64,000 nt of DNA from Octopus bimaculoides (taxonomy: Eukaryota). A program made the translations under genes and the position numbers. The notes under the pieces are model-generated. The model saw only the letters and a program-made list of their open reading frames with translations, made no database searches and had not been told where the DNA came from. Of the stretch, positions 1-12,499 are shown one piece after another. The stretch's first letter is position 1; every line of letters starts with the position of its first letter. The stretch covers positions 163,029,888 through 163,093,887 of the forward strand of contig NC_068981.1 of assembly GCF_001194135.2 (NCBI RefSeq), written 5' to 3'.

Positions 1-2003
1 AAAAAAAGGTACAGTCTGTCATAGTTTAAGTGACAGGGCATTCCACAGACAACTGTATGCTTTGCAGTGTGTATGGCCCTTCAAATAACGGGTACAACTC
101 ATTTAATAACACAGAGACCCTACATTGCTTCCAACCGACTCAATTTTACTTCCAAGGCTGTGCAGTGAGATCGAAACCTGAAACATTGTGATTGAGAAAT
201 GAATGTGTTAACGGTTCAACCAAACAACCATACCATAGAGCTGTGCATGCATGCATGTGTGTGTGTGTGTCTGTGTGTACTTCTACTAACTCAAAGAGTA
301 GAATTATTTCCTTCAGTTTATACTATGCAATGCTGTATAGAAACAAATGTCAATCAGCACTCGAATGAAGCATTTGATTATCTCTGACCATTCTCCCATC
401 TGCCAACCAGTCCAATTCAACCCAGCCCAGCCTAGCTCAGACCAGCTCAGCAAACCAGGACATACCTGCCTCCTTGCCTCACAAGTCTAGCAATGCTTGT
501 AATTAAATAATTGTCCAATAAAATTTGAAGGACTTAAAAATGTTTTGTTTTTCTTTTTAAATGTTATGAGTGGAAACAAATGAGAATATACAAATGATTG
601 ATATTAATAATAATAATATTTGTGTTTTCCATGATTGTGAGTATGGGGAGAGCTTATAATACATCTGCAGCTAATTTCCCTTCCTACCTTCCAACAATGA
701 AGTTGGCATGGCAGTGTGGGGGCACAAACAATCTGTTGCTAGATGGCCATCAACTGAGGCAAGCGATGTCAAATATGTTGTTCATAGGTACACCATATAA
801 AGCATGTAAGGTCTCAAATGAAGGTTGGCTGCCACATTGTTAGAGGTCCAGCACTCACTTAGCTCTGCCGATTCCGTTACAGATTTCAAAGTAGACTGTG
901 GGTTTTTATGTTTCATGCGTTTTTGCTGACCTTCAGTTCATGCAATGGATGTCAATGAACTGTACTATATATTTTTCACATTGATTGATACCAGGGATAC
1001 AAGTTCAAAATTTCTGAAAGAAGTGAGTGATCTAGGATGGATGTGGAAATATTCTTAAAAAATTTATATATATGTAAGATATGTATATATCCATACATAC
1101 CCCCGCACACATACATATCTCTCTCTCCACACACACACACACACACGCGCATTTTAATGTTTACTTTTCTATGCTTTCAGAATACATACACACACACATA
1201 TATATATGCTTGCATACATATACACACAAAAACACACAAATACAGACAACAGACATGTATGCACATACTCGAATCTATCCACACCTCTTTCCACACACAT
1301 GCATACATGTGCATGCATGTGTATACATGTACATATATGCATGTGTATACACACACACACACACACACATACACATAAAGATCAAATAAAATATTTGGAT
1401 GGAAGATATGTCTGGCATGTTTAGTATCTGATGAAATTCAATAGTTCTTTGGAAATAAATCCGCATTGAAAATTTAAAAATAAAAATCCAATGCATAATA
1501 GTTCATGGGATAAAAATATTTGAATTTGGAGAGAGAAAAAAAATGGAACAAAAAAAAAACTTTAAAAAAAACCCAAGAAAAAAAAAAACAGATCTTATCC
1601 TTCCAGCAGNNNNNNNNNNNNNNNNNNNNNNNNNNNNNNNNNNNNNNNNNNNNNNNNNNNNNNNNNNNNNNNNNNNNNNNNNNNNNNNNNNNNNNNNNNN
1701 NNNNNNNNNNNNNNNNNNNNNNNNNNNNNNNNNNNNNNNNNNNNNNNNNNNNNNNNNNNNNNNNNNNNNNNNNNNNNNNNNNNNNNNNNNNNNNNNNNNN
1801 NNNNCAAATGATTCTGTGAGTTAGTTGATTGTCCTCCGCATCAGTGAAATTCATAGAGAAGAGAAGTATCCAAGTCTTGCTTGTGACAATTTGTGGTTGG
1901 TTGCACCTTATTCCTTCCTCATTCTGTATTCTAAAAATACTTCTTTTCTCCAAAGTGTCCGTCCGTCCGTCTGCCTGTAGCCAAACAAAGTGCTAAAAAC
2001 AGT

Positions 2004-2030
2004 TCAGGAACCACGACCCCCGTCCAACAT
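2004..2030 (-). CDS. pbx: Candidate Pbx terminal coding exon (MLDGGRGS* in phase 0), followed by 3'UTR toward base 1
   Basis: Very strong acceptor (cttcctctctttcccctcccttcaaacattatttctttctctccag|ATG), followed by a GC-richer segment and then U-rich UTR-like sequence. I recognise no protein homology, so the assignment is inferred from splice signal and position. Confidence 0.5.
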   Translation of the reverse strand: MLDGGRGS

Positions 2031-4495
2031 CTGGAGAGAAAGAAATAATGTTTGAAGGGGAGGGAAAGAGAGGAAGTGAGTCTTTTTTTTTATAATAAAA
2101 AGTTGTTCATGGGTGTATGTGTATTTTGTTTCATTTTTTTATTTTCTATTATCTCTTTGTCCAGTTGTGTATGAGTGTGCCTGTGTGTAAATATATGTAT
2201 ATATATATATATGTACACACACACATATATATACATATATACACATTCATATATATACACATATATGTATATATATATATAAGTATACATACACATACAC
2301 ACACAAACACCCCTTTAATTTTATTTTTTATTTTTTACAATTTTTAAATATTTCCTTTTTTTTTTTTCACTTCTTATCACTGTTCAGCAGTGCATGTTGA
2401 AGTTTTTACCCACCTCAGAGTTCACAAATTCATTCTGTTGTTTTTTTTTTTCTCTCTGTGTTATATCTAAGGGTTCATCATTAAGTCAATAACCTACAAA
2501 TATTTTGTAGATTTACATAAGGAACTGAAGGGTAACTTCATCAATGCCACTGTCACCATTCACCATCATCATTAACCATCCACCACCACATCAAAAATAA
2601 CCCACCAACATCACGACTACCATGAATACCACCACCACCACCACTGAAACCACCACTTATATATCATCATCTTCTCCAACAAAAATGACCACCACCACTG
2701 TAGTCAAAGAGCAGTTGCTGCAGTAGTAGTAGTAGTATCATAATAGACCTGTGGTGGGCATCGGATCGAGTGACCTTGCTGTGAGTTGAAGTCCTGTTGT
2801 CACATAACCGTGTGATTGATGTGTGTCTAACACAAATAGACCATGAATGTGTATGTACAGACGTCATGTCACAAATGAACAGGCACAGGGGCGCCACCTG
2901 GGAAGCAGTTACTGCAAGAAGAAGAGACGACTCAGTGCTGCAGTGGCAGCTAACCAGATATATGACAGAAAAAGAGAGAGAGACAGTAAGAGATAGAAAG
3001 AGAGAGAGACAGATAGACAGACAGAAAAATATGAAGCAAAAGATTTAATGAAACATTATGAGGCAGAACAGCAGTATGTAAAAACTCTTTCATAAGACTA
3101 CAAGATGGACAGTTGATAGGAAAAAGATGAAACGAGAATGGGAATTCTTTTCTTTTTGATTGAGATTTTTGTTTTATAAAGACACATACTTTTAATAATA
3201 TGGCTATTTATATTTCTTTTGCTGCACTTTCACATCATGTCTGCAGCATGTAAACTTAGTTGGGGAAGACGAATTGCTTTGTAAACGAACAAATATAACA
3301 CCAATCATTATATACAGCTATACAATTTCAAAAATAAATTACAATAAATAAACTATAATAAACAACCACAAAACTTAACATATAGATATGTAATCATTGC
3401 TAACAGTTTGCTTACAAACTAACAAAATCTTTTTTAAGGCTACACACTGTATAGCATGTATTGTTGGGTGAAAATGCATTATGCCAAGCATATCCCCAAG
3501 GAAAATCTACAGGAAATTATATGCCAAAATAATAGAACTAATGAGTTAATTTTAGAAGAAAAAAATATCTAACGTAAATGTAATTTTATTAAAATTCCAT
3601 AATATTAGTTTCCATAGGAATTACTGCTTATACATTATAAGGCACTGCATGTTTGTTTCACTTTTACCTGAATATACTGGTGTAAATAAATACTGATCTC
3701 TGACAATTAAAATTTAAATTGATAATGCTTAAAAGTAGAAGTATAGAGAATACTGAATAAAGGAGTGAATTAATTGTTGCTATAGCTTCTGAATATAAAT
3801 TTCGTCAAATTACAATAATGAAGTTTAAAAAAATAAATAAAAAATGAGCTTGAAGATATGGTATTCAGGAGAAAAGAGAAACTGCAAGGCTCAAAGAACA
3901 TATAAATTAACCTGATGACACAAAAATATTTCAGACGCAAATCAGACTCTAGAGTGAAGAACAATTAAAATAAAACAATATCTTGGCAATCCTTAATCAT
4001 AATCAAAACAAAAGACTGTTTCTGTAAATAAAAAAAAAAAAAAATCAACATTTAGGAGTGTGGGGGGGGGTGATGATCACACATACTCATACCCACAGAC
4101 ACACTATACATTGATTTAATGCAATCAAAGAGTAAAATAGTACTCAGTACTTCTTTCCAGAGTATTCCATTCACACACACACACACACACACACGTGTGT
4201 GCATGTGTTAAGAATTTGTTTGGGGACACTGATTGAATTTTCCCTGTTAAAAAATTATATTCCAAACAGAAAAAAAAAAAAACAGTCTTTCCCAACAACT
4301 AAAGAGATCTAGGGAGTTCCATGATTTGCACTAGTAATAAGTAGAGGAAATACAAAAAAAGAAGAAAAATGATGATTGTGAACATTTTTACATAAAGCTT
4401 TTTCAGATGGTACATAGTGGCAATAAATAAATAAATAAGATAAAATGCTAAATAAGAGAAAGAAACAATAAGTACTTTTTTTTTTCCTTCCCTGT

Positions 4496-5277
4496 NNNNN
4501 NNNNNNNNNNNNNNNNNNNNNNNNNNNNNNNNNNNNNNNNNNNNNNNNNNNNNNNNNNNNNNNNNNNNNNNNNNNNNNNNNNNNNNNNNNNNNNNNNNNN
4601 NNNNNNNNNNNNNNNNNNNNNNNNNNNNNNNNNNNNNNNNNNNNNNNNNNNNNNNNNNNNNNNNNNNNNNNNNNNNNNNNNNNNNNNNNNNNNNNNNNNN
4701 NNNNNNNNNNNNNNNNNNNNNNNNNNNNNNNNNNNNNNNNNNNNNNNNNNNNNNNNNNNNNNNNNNNNNNNNNNNNNNNNNNNNNNNNNNNNNNNNNNNN
4801 NNNNNNNNNNNNNNNNNNNNNNNNNNNNNNNNNNNNNNNNNNNNNNNNNNNNNNNNNNNNNNNNNNNNNNNNNNNNNNNNNNNNNNNNNNNNNNNNNNNN
4901 NNNNNNNNNNNNNNNNNNNNNNNNNNNNNNNNNNNNNNNNNNNNNNNNNNNNNNNNNNNNNNNNNNNNNNNNNNNNNNNNNNNNNNNNNNNNNNNNNNNN
5001 NNNNNNNNNNNNNNNNNNNNNNNNNNNNNNNNNNNNNNNNNNNNNNNNNNNNNNNNNNNNNNNNNNNNNNNNNNNNNNNNNNNNNNNNNNNNNNNNNNNN
5101 NNNNNNNNNNNNNNNNNNNNNNNNNNNNNNNNNNNNNNNNNNNNNNNNNNNNNNNNNNNNNNNNNNNNNNNNNNNNNNNNNNNNNNNNNNNNNNNNNNNN
5201 NNNNNNNNNNNNNNNNNNNNNNNNNNNNNNNNNNNNNNNNNNNNNNNNNNNNNNNNNNNNNNNNNNNNNNNNNNNNN
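4496..5277. other. Assembly gap (largest). Other gaps: 1610-1804, 20842-20851, 21566-21575, 29050-29059, 30499-30665
   Basis: Runs of N. Confidence 1.
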
Positions 5278-5877
5278 TAGAGCAAAGCTAAGCTAAATGG
5301 AGTGGAGAGTGGGCTAGAGGAAGAGGAGATGATTTATTTATATATTTGCAAAGGAATTACTGTTGTACTACTACTACTACTACTACTACTACACAGGAAA
5401 TTTTTGAGTTAATAAACCTCTACCTAAAACATAAAACGATGTAAGAGAATGCAATTGAAGAAAAGAAAAAAAGAGAAAGAAAAAGTGAATTGAGGAGTAA
5501 AAGAAATAAGTGAAATATTCTAATTAAAAAATTCTTTTCCACAGATACATTTTTTTTTTTTTTAAATAATGGGCAGCCATAGATGTTTTACTAGAGGATA
5601 ACAAAACTTTTTGTTAATTAAACTGGATCTAATTAGTTTGGGGATAAAAGATTTCAATTGAACATAGACAAATGGAAATTTACATAGTAAAATTCCTTTG
5701 ATAAAAACCTATGACATTCACAACTTCCCTTCCAACATTATACAACTTTCCTAAACTATCAAATATCATGTATGCATAATATAAGAGAAAAATTATTAAA
5801 TATAAATTTATCTACTGTCCACTCTCTCTCTCATATATATATACATATATATATATTCTCTTCTTTTTACTTTCTTC

Positions 5878-6225
5878 TTTAACGTCCGCTTTCCATACTA
5901 GCATGGGTTGGACGATTTGACTGGGGACTGGCGAACCAGATGGCTACACCAGACTCCAATCTGATCTGGCAGAGTTTCTACAGCTGGATGCCCTTCCTAA
6001 CGCTAACCACTCTGAGAGTGTAGTGGGTGCTTTTTACGTGCCACCGGCACGAGGGCCGGTCCGGCGGTACTGGCAATGGCCACATTCAAATGGTGTCTTT
6101 TACGTGCCATCTGCACAGGAATCACTCCAATGTTTTGTTCACATGCCACCGGCACAAGTGCCAGTAAGGCAAAGCTGGAAACGATTGCGCTCAAATGGTG
6201 CTTTTTACATGCCACCGGCACACAC
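5878..6225 (-). mobile_element. RTE 3'UTR-derived repeat copy
   Basis: Reverse complement of the 44250-44640 sequence (tttaacgtccgctttccatactagcatgggttggacg...acgtgccaccggcac units). Confidence 0.85.
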
Positions 6226-7224
6226 ACACACATATATATCACACAGTACCATGGTATTGACCAGACTATGGGATATTGTTATACACCACTGGTTATGAGG
6301 CATTTGGATAGTTTTAGCTTTCAAATGATGCCACCCTGGTAGTTAGGCAGGCAGGCAGGCCAATATTAACCCTAAATGAAATACCAGTCTGTTGCAGGGT
6401 TACTTATTCACAGCTGAGTCAATTGGAGAAATATGAAATGAAGTGTTTTACTCAAGAACACAGTGCACAGCCGGTCTGCAAATTGAAACCACGATCTTGC
6501 AATTATGAGTGCAAACTTGAACCACTAGGCCACACAGCTTGACACAGGCACACACAAAGTCGTACCCATCTAATGTGTGTGTGTATGTGTGTGAAGGTGC
6601 ATCTATGTAAATGTATGCTAACTTGGGATTACAAACCCTTACCACAAAGATTTTGTGCATCCAAGCCATGTTCTAATTCATTGAGGATCACAGAGGGCTC
6701 AGAAAAAGGTTTCCATTGCGCAAAGAGCTAGTTTTACAATCCTAGCCATCTACCTTAAAGTTGAGAAGAGGACCAATCTTATGATGTTACATAGAAACAT
6801 AGATTAACCCCAAACACCTGCACATTGGTCAACCTGAGGCTATAGCAAAAGGTACTTGCCCAAGATGGAACAAGGTGGTTGCAAAACACACTTCTTAATC
6901 AGATGGCAACATTTGTGCCTAGGTTTGAGATTTCAATGATGTGATTATTTATCTTTAGAATGACATTGAATGGTAGCTGTGAGATGTCAGATTTGACCAA
7001 TTTGAACATAAAGCAGGTAGAATATTTGGGTCAGATATGGCCAGTTTAAATGCTAAAAGGTTAAAAGTTATGTATTATTTTAAAGGTGAATAGATTTCCA
7101 TTAACTTCCATTAAATTCATGCCCTCTCCCATAAGGTGGCATAAGGGATAGCAAATTGAAACCAGCTTAAAATTGAAGATGTACTAACCAGTGTTGTCAA
7201 AGTTTATCTTATCTATCTACTTAT

Positions 7225-7745
7225 ATCATCATCATCATCATCATCATCATCGTTTAACGTCCGCTTTCCATGCTAGCATGGGTTCCTACAAATATATGCT
7301 CACATGCACACATCATAAACATTTATACACACAATATCTGCATACATGCAGAACACATACACACATTTATTTGAAGCTAATGTAGCATTTCGCTGTGATC
7401 TTGAGTCTCTTTATTCATTTCAGTGGACACAAATTGAAAGAAGTCCCAGCCTTGACTAAATGAATGAACTCTACTACATACATTAGATAATTAAGTCTAT
7501 CCTGTTTGTATACCCACCACACAAAATGAAAACTAGACTATATGACAAGGAAATTGAAAAGAAAATAAATACCTGTAACATAAGGTATAAGGTTTCATCC
7601 CCATCATTTCTTGTCCAGCTTTCGTGCTGACATGGGTTGGATGGTTTAACAGAAACTGGTGTGTCAGAGGACTGCATCATGCTTTGGCATGGTTTCTATA
7701 GCTGAATGCACTTCACAGTATGTCACTGGTGCATTTTTCTGTGCT
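7225..7745 (-). mobile_element. Two truncated RTE 3'-tail copies (about 7225-7285 and 7605-7745)
   Basis: (CAT)n cgtttaacgtccgctttccatgctagcatggg, plus a more diverged second copy. Confidence 0.7.
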
Positions 7746-8889
7746 AACAGCAATAGTGAATACCGCTTCATAACTTGCAAGAGCTTAAAAGCAGTTATCT
7801 TAGGAAGACAGTCCCACCACCAAAAATATAATCATATGTAAAAGTGATAACAGAGAAAATTAATAAAATAATAAAGTGAGCATTAAACTGAAACTTCTCT
7901 GAAGATATGACATCTCTCCGCCATGTCCCAAAATCAAAACCATTATCTTAAAAGGACTTGTCTGAAGTGGGGAATAACTAAGACTCTTTCTGAAACAGGT
8001 GCTCTTTCTTTGAAAATCTTTCCAAATCAACTTAGAGAAAAATTCAACTAATAATAATAATATTAGAAGAGTACATTAATTAACATACTCAACAGGAAAA
8101 TGGTGAATGGAAAATGACAAACCGAAACAGTAATGCAAAATAAAAAATAAAAACAGATATACAAAAATGTGTGTGGGAGTAGAGAGAGGAAAAGTTCAAT
8201 GCATGAAAATTGAGGGTTTAAAAAATATATAGTGATATGAATAATGGACAGATGTAAAAGTATAGTCATATGGATTGGAGATTTTGAATCAACATAAATG
8301 GTCATGCTTGAAAGGAAAAATTAAAAAAACAAAAACAAAAAAAAAAAAGAACACAAAAATCCTAGATTAAGGTTTGGACATGTTACATATGTATGTGTAT
8401 ATTTTTTTGTGTGTACACAAACATATACACACACATACATACATAAATAAACAGATAAATAAATACTAATATACATATACGATGTTTTATATGCATATGT
8501 ATGTATGTATGAACAAAACTGACCAATTTCAAGAGAATATGTAAAGAGACATTCATTAGTCTGCTAGGTTGCTAAATGAAAGAAGAAAATGGAAGAAAAA
8601 AAAAAAAAAAAAAAAAAAAAATGGTATCCAACCAAGAGTTTAGCAGTGACGAACTAACATGAAAGGAACATATGCATACACAAAATCCACACGCTCACAC
8701 ACATACAAATATGTCATGCAAACATACTCAATACTGTTCTATATGGCACATGCTACACACTGACTCTTAAGCCACAAAGAGAATGTCAAATTTGATGGCA
8801 TTCGGACAAGGACAGCACTCACAGACATGCACAAACATGCACTTTTGTTTTTTGTTTTTTTAATACTAGGCAGTAGCATTATCAGCAAC

Positions 8890-9010
8890 GGTAGTAGTAG
8901 TAGTAGTAGTAGTAGTAATAGTAGTAGTAGTAGTAGTAGAGATGGTGGTGGTAATAGTAGTAAGAGAGGTAGTTGTAGTAGTGGTAATAATAATAATAGT
9001 AGTAATAATG
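8890..9010. repeat. Imperfect (TAG)n/(TAA)n/(TGG)n microsatellite downstream of Pbx exon 8
   Basis: Read directly. The window also has many (AT)n (e.g. 16421, 18048, 18884, 32619, 43607), (CA/TG)n (e.g. 1128, 20815, 32524) and (GA)n (21524, 30895) tracts. Confidence 0.95.
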
Positions 9011-9231
9011 GTAGAGTTGCTGGTACTATTTGAGGTCTGGTGGTGTTCACAGCTGTGATGATGATGATAATAGTTTTGGTGACGGTGGCAGCAGCAGCAG
9101 CAGTGGGCAGTACAAAGGCATTTTTTTTAAAAATTAATTTAAGAAAAAAAAAAAAAAGGAAAAACAAAACAAAATTTGGCTGGAGATATATTTTTCTAAA
9201 CATGACCTTGAGGGGTATATGGTGATGATAC

Positions 9232-9339
9232 CTGTTGTATATGCAGGGAATCGTACATGCCACCAGTAGCTGAATTCGGTAGGACAGCGTCTGCGTTGTA
9301 GCCACCGGTCTGTGATATCACGTGTCGCAAAGCATTAAC
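9232..9339 (-). CDS. pbx: Pbx exon (PBX1 exon 8 equivalent); may extend to 9207 or read through to a stop at 9196
   Basis: ccttctgttttgtctgtag|GTTAAT...CAACAG|gtatca, 108 nt, phase 0 to phase 0: VNALRHVISQTGGYNADAVLPNSATGGMYDSLHIQQ. Compare PBX1a VDTLRHVISQTGGY. Confidence 0.93.
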
Positions 9340-10999
9340 CTACAGACAAAACAGAAGGATGCATTCATTCCAGTCAGCTACTTTAGTGATTCTATGCATC
9401 ATGCAATACAAGGGGGGGAGGAGGGGGAACCAGAGTTGAAGCAGCATTCTAGCCCATGGGATATTTGTTTGCATGGACACACAGACAAAAAAAAAAAAAA
9501 AAAAAAATTTTTTAAATCCCCAAATAAATTTTTATCACAGAATAATAAATTGGTAATTACATCATTGAGAGTCACAGTTGACCGAGACAAAAATGGCTGG
9601 CTGCACACATGTATAACTGTTATATAGCACTCCTGTTTTCATTTTCAATATTATAAAGTTTTAAATTTATCATAGATCTACATACAATCAAGTTTAGGCA
9701 TGGGCAATCTTTTGCGAGAAGTGGGCCACACTACTAGAAAAATCCAAAGTAATTCTTCATAAGGAATGCCACTCAGAAAGTCCAACGAGTTGCAGGATGC
9801 CCATGAATGATCTTATCACTGATGCTAGTAGAACACTAGTGCACAAAATAAACCCAAAGTGGATACAATAACATATTTGTATTGTAATTAGTTATTATGA
9901 TTCCTTCACAATGCAAGTGCTTCAGTTTCAATGCCTAATAATTGCAAATCAAGTAATTTGCTGAGTAAGCCAGAATACAACATTAAAATTATATTTGTAT
10001 ATTCAACTATTTATAGGACTAGGCCTACTATGTTTTTCAAACTGATCAACCACACAAAGTAACACATATAAATGGATTGATTTTTATGACTTGATAATTA
10101 TAGGTAAGGGAGATGAGACTGTGCGACAGTCCTGACATTAAGTGAAGTGATCTAGGCTTAACTGATAACTATTAAACTTGCGTTGTTGGACAGCTCAAAT
10201 GGAGTTTCTTTTGATCTTAGGCACAAGGCCACCACTTAAAGGTTGTGAAAACATATGAAGTTGATGTAATTCTAAACACACCTACATACACAAACGCACA
10301 TATATTTATTCTATAATTGTTGGTCCAACAAAAAAATATATATTCTGTTTAATTCTGGAACTAAGGAATAAAAGTTTAGGAAAAGCTAATTCATAATTTA
10401 ATTAAAATTTTCCCCAAATTTTTGTTCCTTAGTTCCAGATGAGCTGATTTAAATATTTTTTAGTCATTCTGTAAATGAAACTGGAAATCTGCAAACCAAC
10501 ACAGCTCTCAAAGAACAAGTAAGAACACAGTTACAAACCCAGTGAGCTAGAACAACTAACTAAATTGTCTTCAGCACCAGATTAATACTAATTCCACTGA
10601 GAGATAAACAGATAATAATAATCTATAATAATCATAATGCTAACTAAATTCAAATGAAAGGAGATATAATTCCAGTATAAAATTTATGAACCCATTTCTT
10701 ATAATTTGTGGGTTGGGATCCAGAAGTTAGACGTTACTTAAATATATAGAAAAGAGTAAAAACAAAACAAAAATATGGTCAAATCTATTCTAGCCAACTG
10801 TGAAAGTAAAACCATCATACTGAAATATTTACACACTGGTGTACACTAATGCATGGATCTATTACTATTATAATACATAAAATAACGGTCACGGGGTTTT
10901 AAAAAAAAAACAAAAAAAAAAACGTGTGTGCATGAGTGAATAAACAGTTAGTAGTAAGAACCTCTAGGGAGAATTCAGCAGTAGAAGGTCTTCAGAGAA

Positions 11000-11560
11000 G
11001 TAACCCCACACATTCAAGTGCTTTGGCCCTTAATTCCTTAAACTTTGAGGAAGGCAGGCTTCATCCAGGTCATGACCCCTGGATACCCATTTGCTGTCAC
11101 ATTTTATGATGATATCTGTATTGCAATCCTCCTGGACGGTTAAGGTGTGCTAGAGTCACAGTAGCCTGGGTGTCATAAGTGGTTCAGTCTGAGACACCAG
11201 TCAACAACTGTAGAGTAAATTTGTGCCTTCTAAAATACATTTTCTCTCTTCCTTAACCAGATTCAGTTGGAACTCATCTCAGCAGCTTCTGCCATTGCCT
11301 TAAGAGTTCTGGTTCTTTTTGTCTCAGAAATTGAGAGCTGTTTCATGAGATCATAGGCCAATTTGCCCTCAACTGTAGGCACATGGAAGAATAGCATAGA
11401 TGGGAGCAGTCACACATCTCCGTATGACTAATCCATGTTGTTGTGCTGTGTAGTCAGCCATGGTCTTCATTGATTATTGAATACTGAAATTCTTGGACAC
11501 AGACACCAGATCTTTCAGTGCAGAGTTCAAACACATTCCCAACAATAAAATAACACCACT
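11000..11560 (-). mobile_element. 3' end of a Hero/NeSL-like (R2 superfamily, RLE) retroelement relic
   Basis: Minus-strand 11400-11230 translates as LMKQLSISETKRTRTLKAMAEAAEMSSN*IWLRKRE. This resembles the EAAE.SS.W(I/L)W.KR C-terminus of Hero-type ORFs, with the TGA probably derived from TGG. Confidence 0.5.
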
Positions 11561-12280
11561 TTTGCATATTCAAGCATATGCAAGTTACAGCATATGTGGG
11601 AGATATTGAGAGTCACTAGTTACTTGCAAAGATGGCTACTACATTTTAATGCTATGAAAACATGGTTGTTTTTATCAATCAACAACGGACAAAGTGATAA
11701 TATTGAACATGCTTTAATTTTTTTTCACACATTTATCAATAAATTAATTATACTTATTCAGTATTTTTTAGGCCTTTGTGAAATTTAACAAGCGATTATA
11801 ATCTCTATCAAGATTATAAGAGTTCATTCATTAAATTTATTTTCTTTATATGTGAACAGTTCACACACACATTCACATACAAATTTTAAGTAGTAGAAAA
11901 TATGAATTAGAATCAAGTGGTGTCAACTGCAAGCTCCCCATTCAGAATTGGCTATCAGTTTACATACAACTCAATTATCATGTAGTGTAATGCAATATGT
12001 CCATATAACTGAAAATGCAGGAAATCCAAACATATGCATACATATATACTGTAAAGTCAGAGTTGTAAAGAATGTTGAAATATATATTACATAGTACCAA
12101 CATTATCTTGTATACAACTAAATAGTGTTTATCAGAAATCATGAACAACCCTGCCGAGGCCAAAAAACTTACTCAGCAACCATGTGCTTTTAGGTTCAGT
12201 CCCATGACGCAGTACCATGACAACTGTTTTCTACTATAGGTTAAGGTTGATCAAGGCCTTGTAAGTGACTATGGTAGGAG

Positions 12281-12498
12281 GAGGAGCTGAAAAATTCCTG
12301 GCTTTGGGTTAAAAAAAAAAATGCAAAAAGCTCAGTTAATCATGATTTTTATAAACATATTCCCTCTCTTAGATTCGCACATTTATTGCAGCAGTCCTTC
12401 AGTTTTCCTAAGCCCTGTAAAAGAACTCAGAAGGTTGGGCCTCCAACCAGGCCTTTCGCAATATCCTTAAAGCCAGGAACTTTACAGCACCCCCTTGT
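12281..12498. mobile_element. Mariner-like MITE
   Basis: Imperfect TIRs of about 23 bp, ggagctgaaaaattcctggcttt and aaagccaggaactttacagcaccc, ending before TA. Confidence 0.65.
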
Positions 12499-12499
12499 A

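Noticed and set aside
1037-2347. His/Thr/Tyr- and Cys/Val-rich ORFs (also at 25940, 32104, 39066 and 58939)
   Set aside because: Translations of (CA)n, (TG)n and (TA)n microsatellite-rich sequence.
1474-5285. Long ORFs containing X runs (also 30204-30728)
   Set aside because: Artefacts of assembly gaps.
1-9195. Vertebrate-type last exon (ANGGWQDA...HSDTSN)
   Set aside because: No matching peptide seen. It could be absent, too diverged, in the 4496-5277 gap, or outside the window.
8739-9305. 188-aa minus-strand ORF overlapping exon 8
   Set aside because: It is an off-frame reading of exon 8 running into poly-T and trinucleotide repeats.
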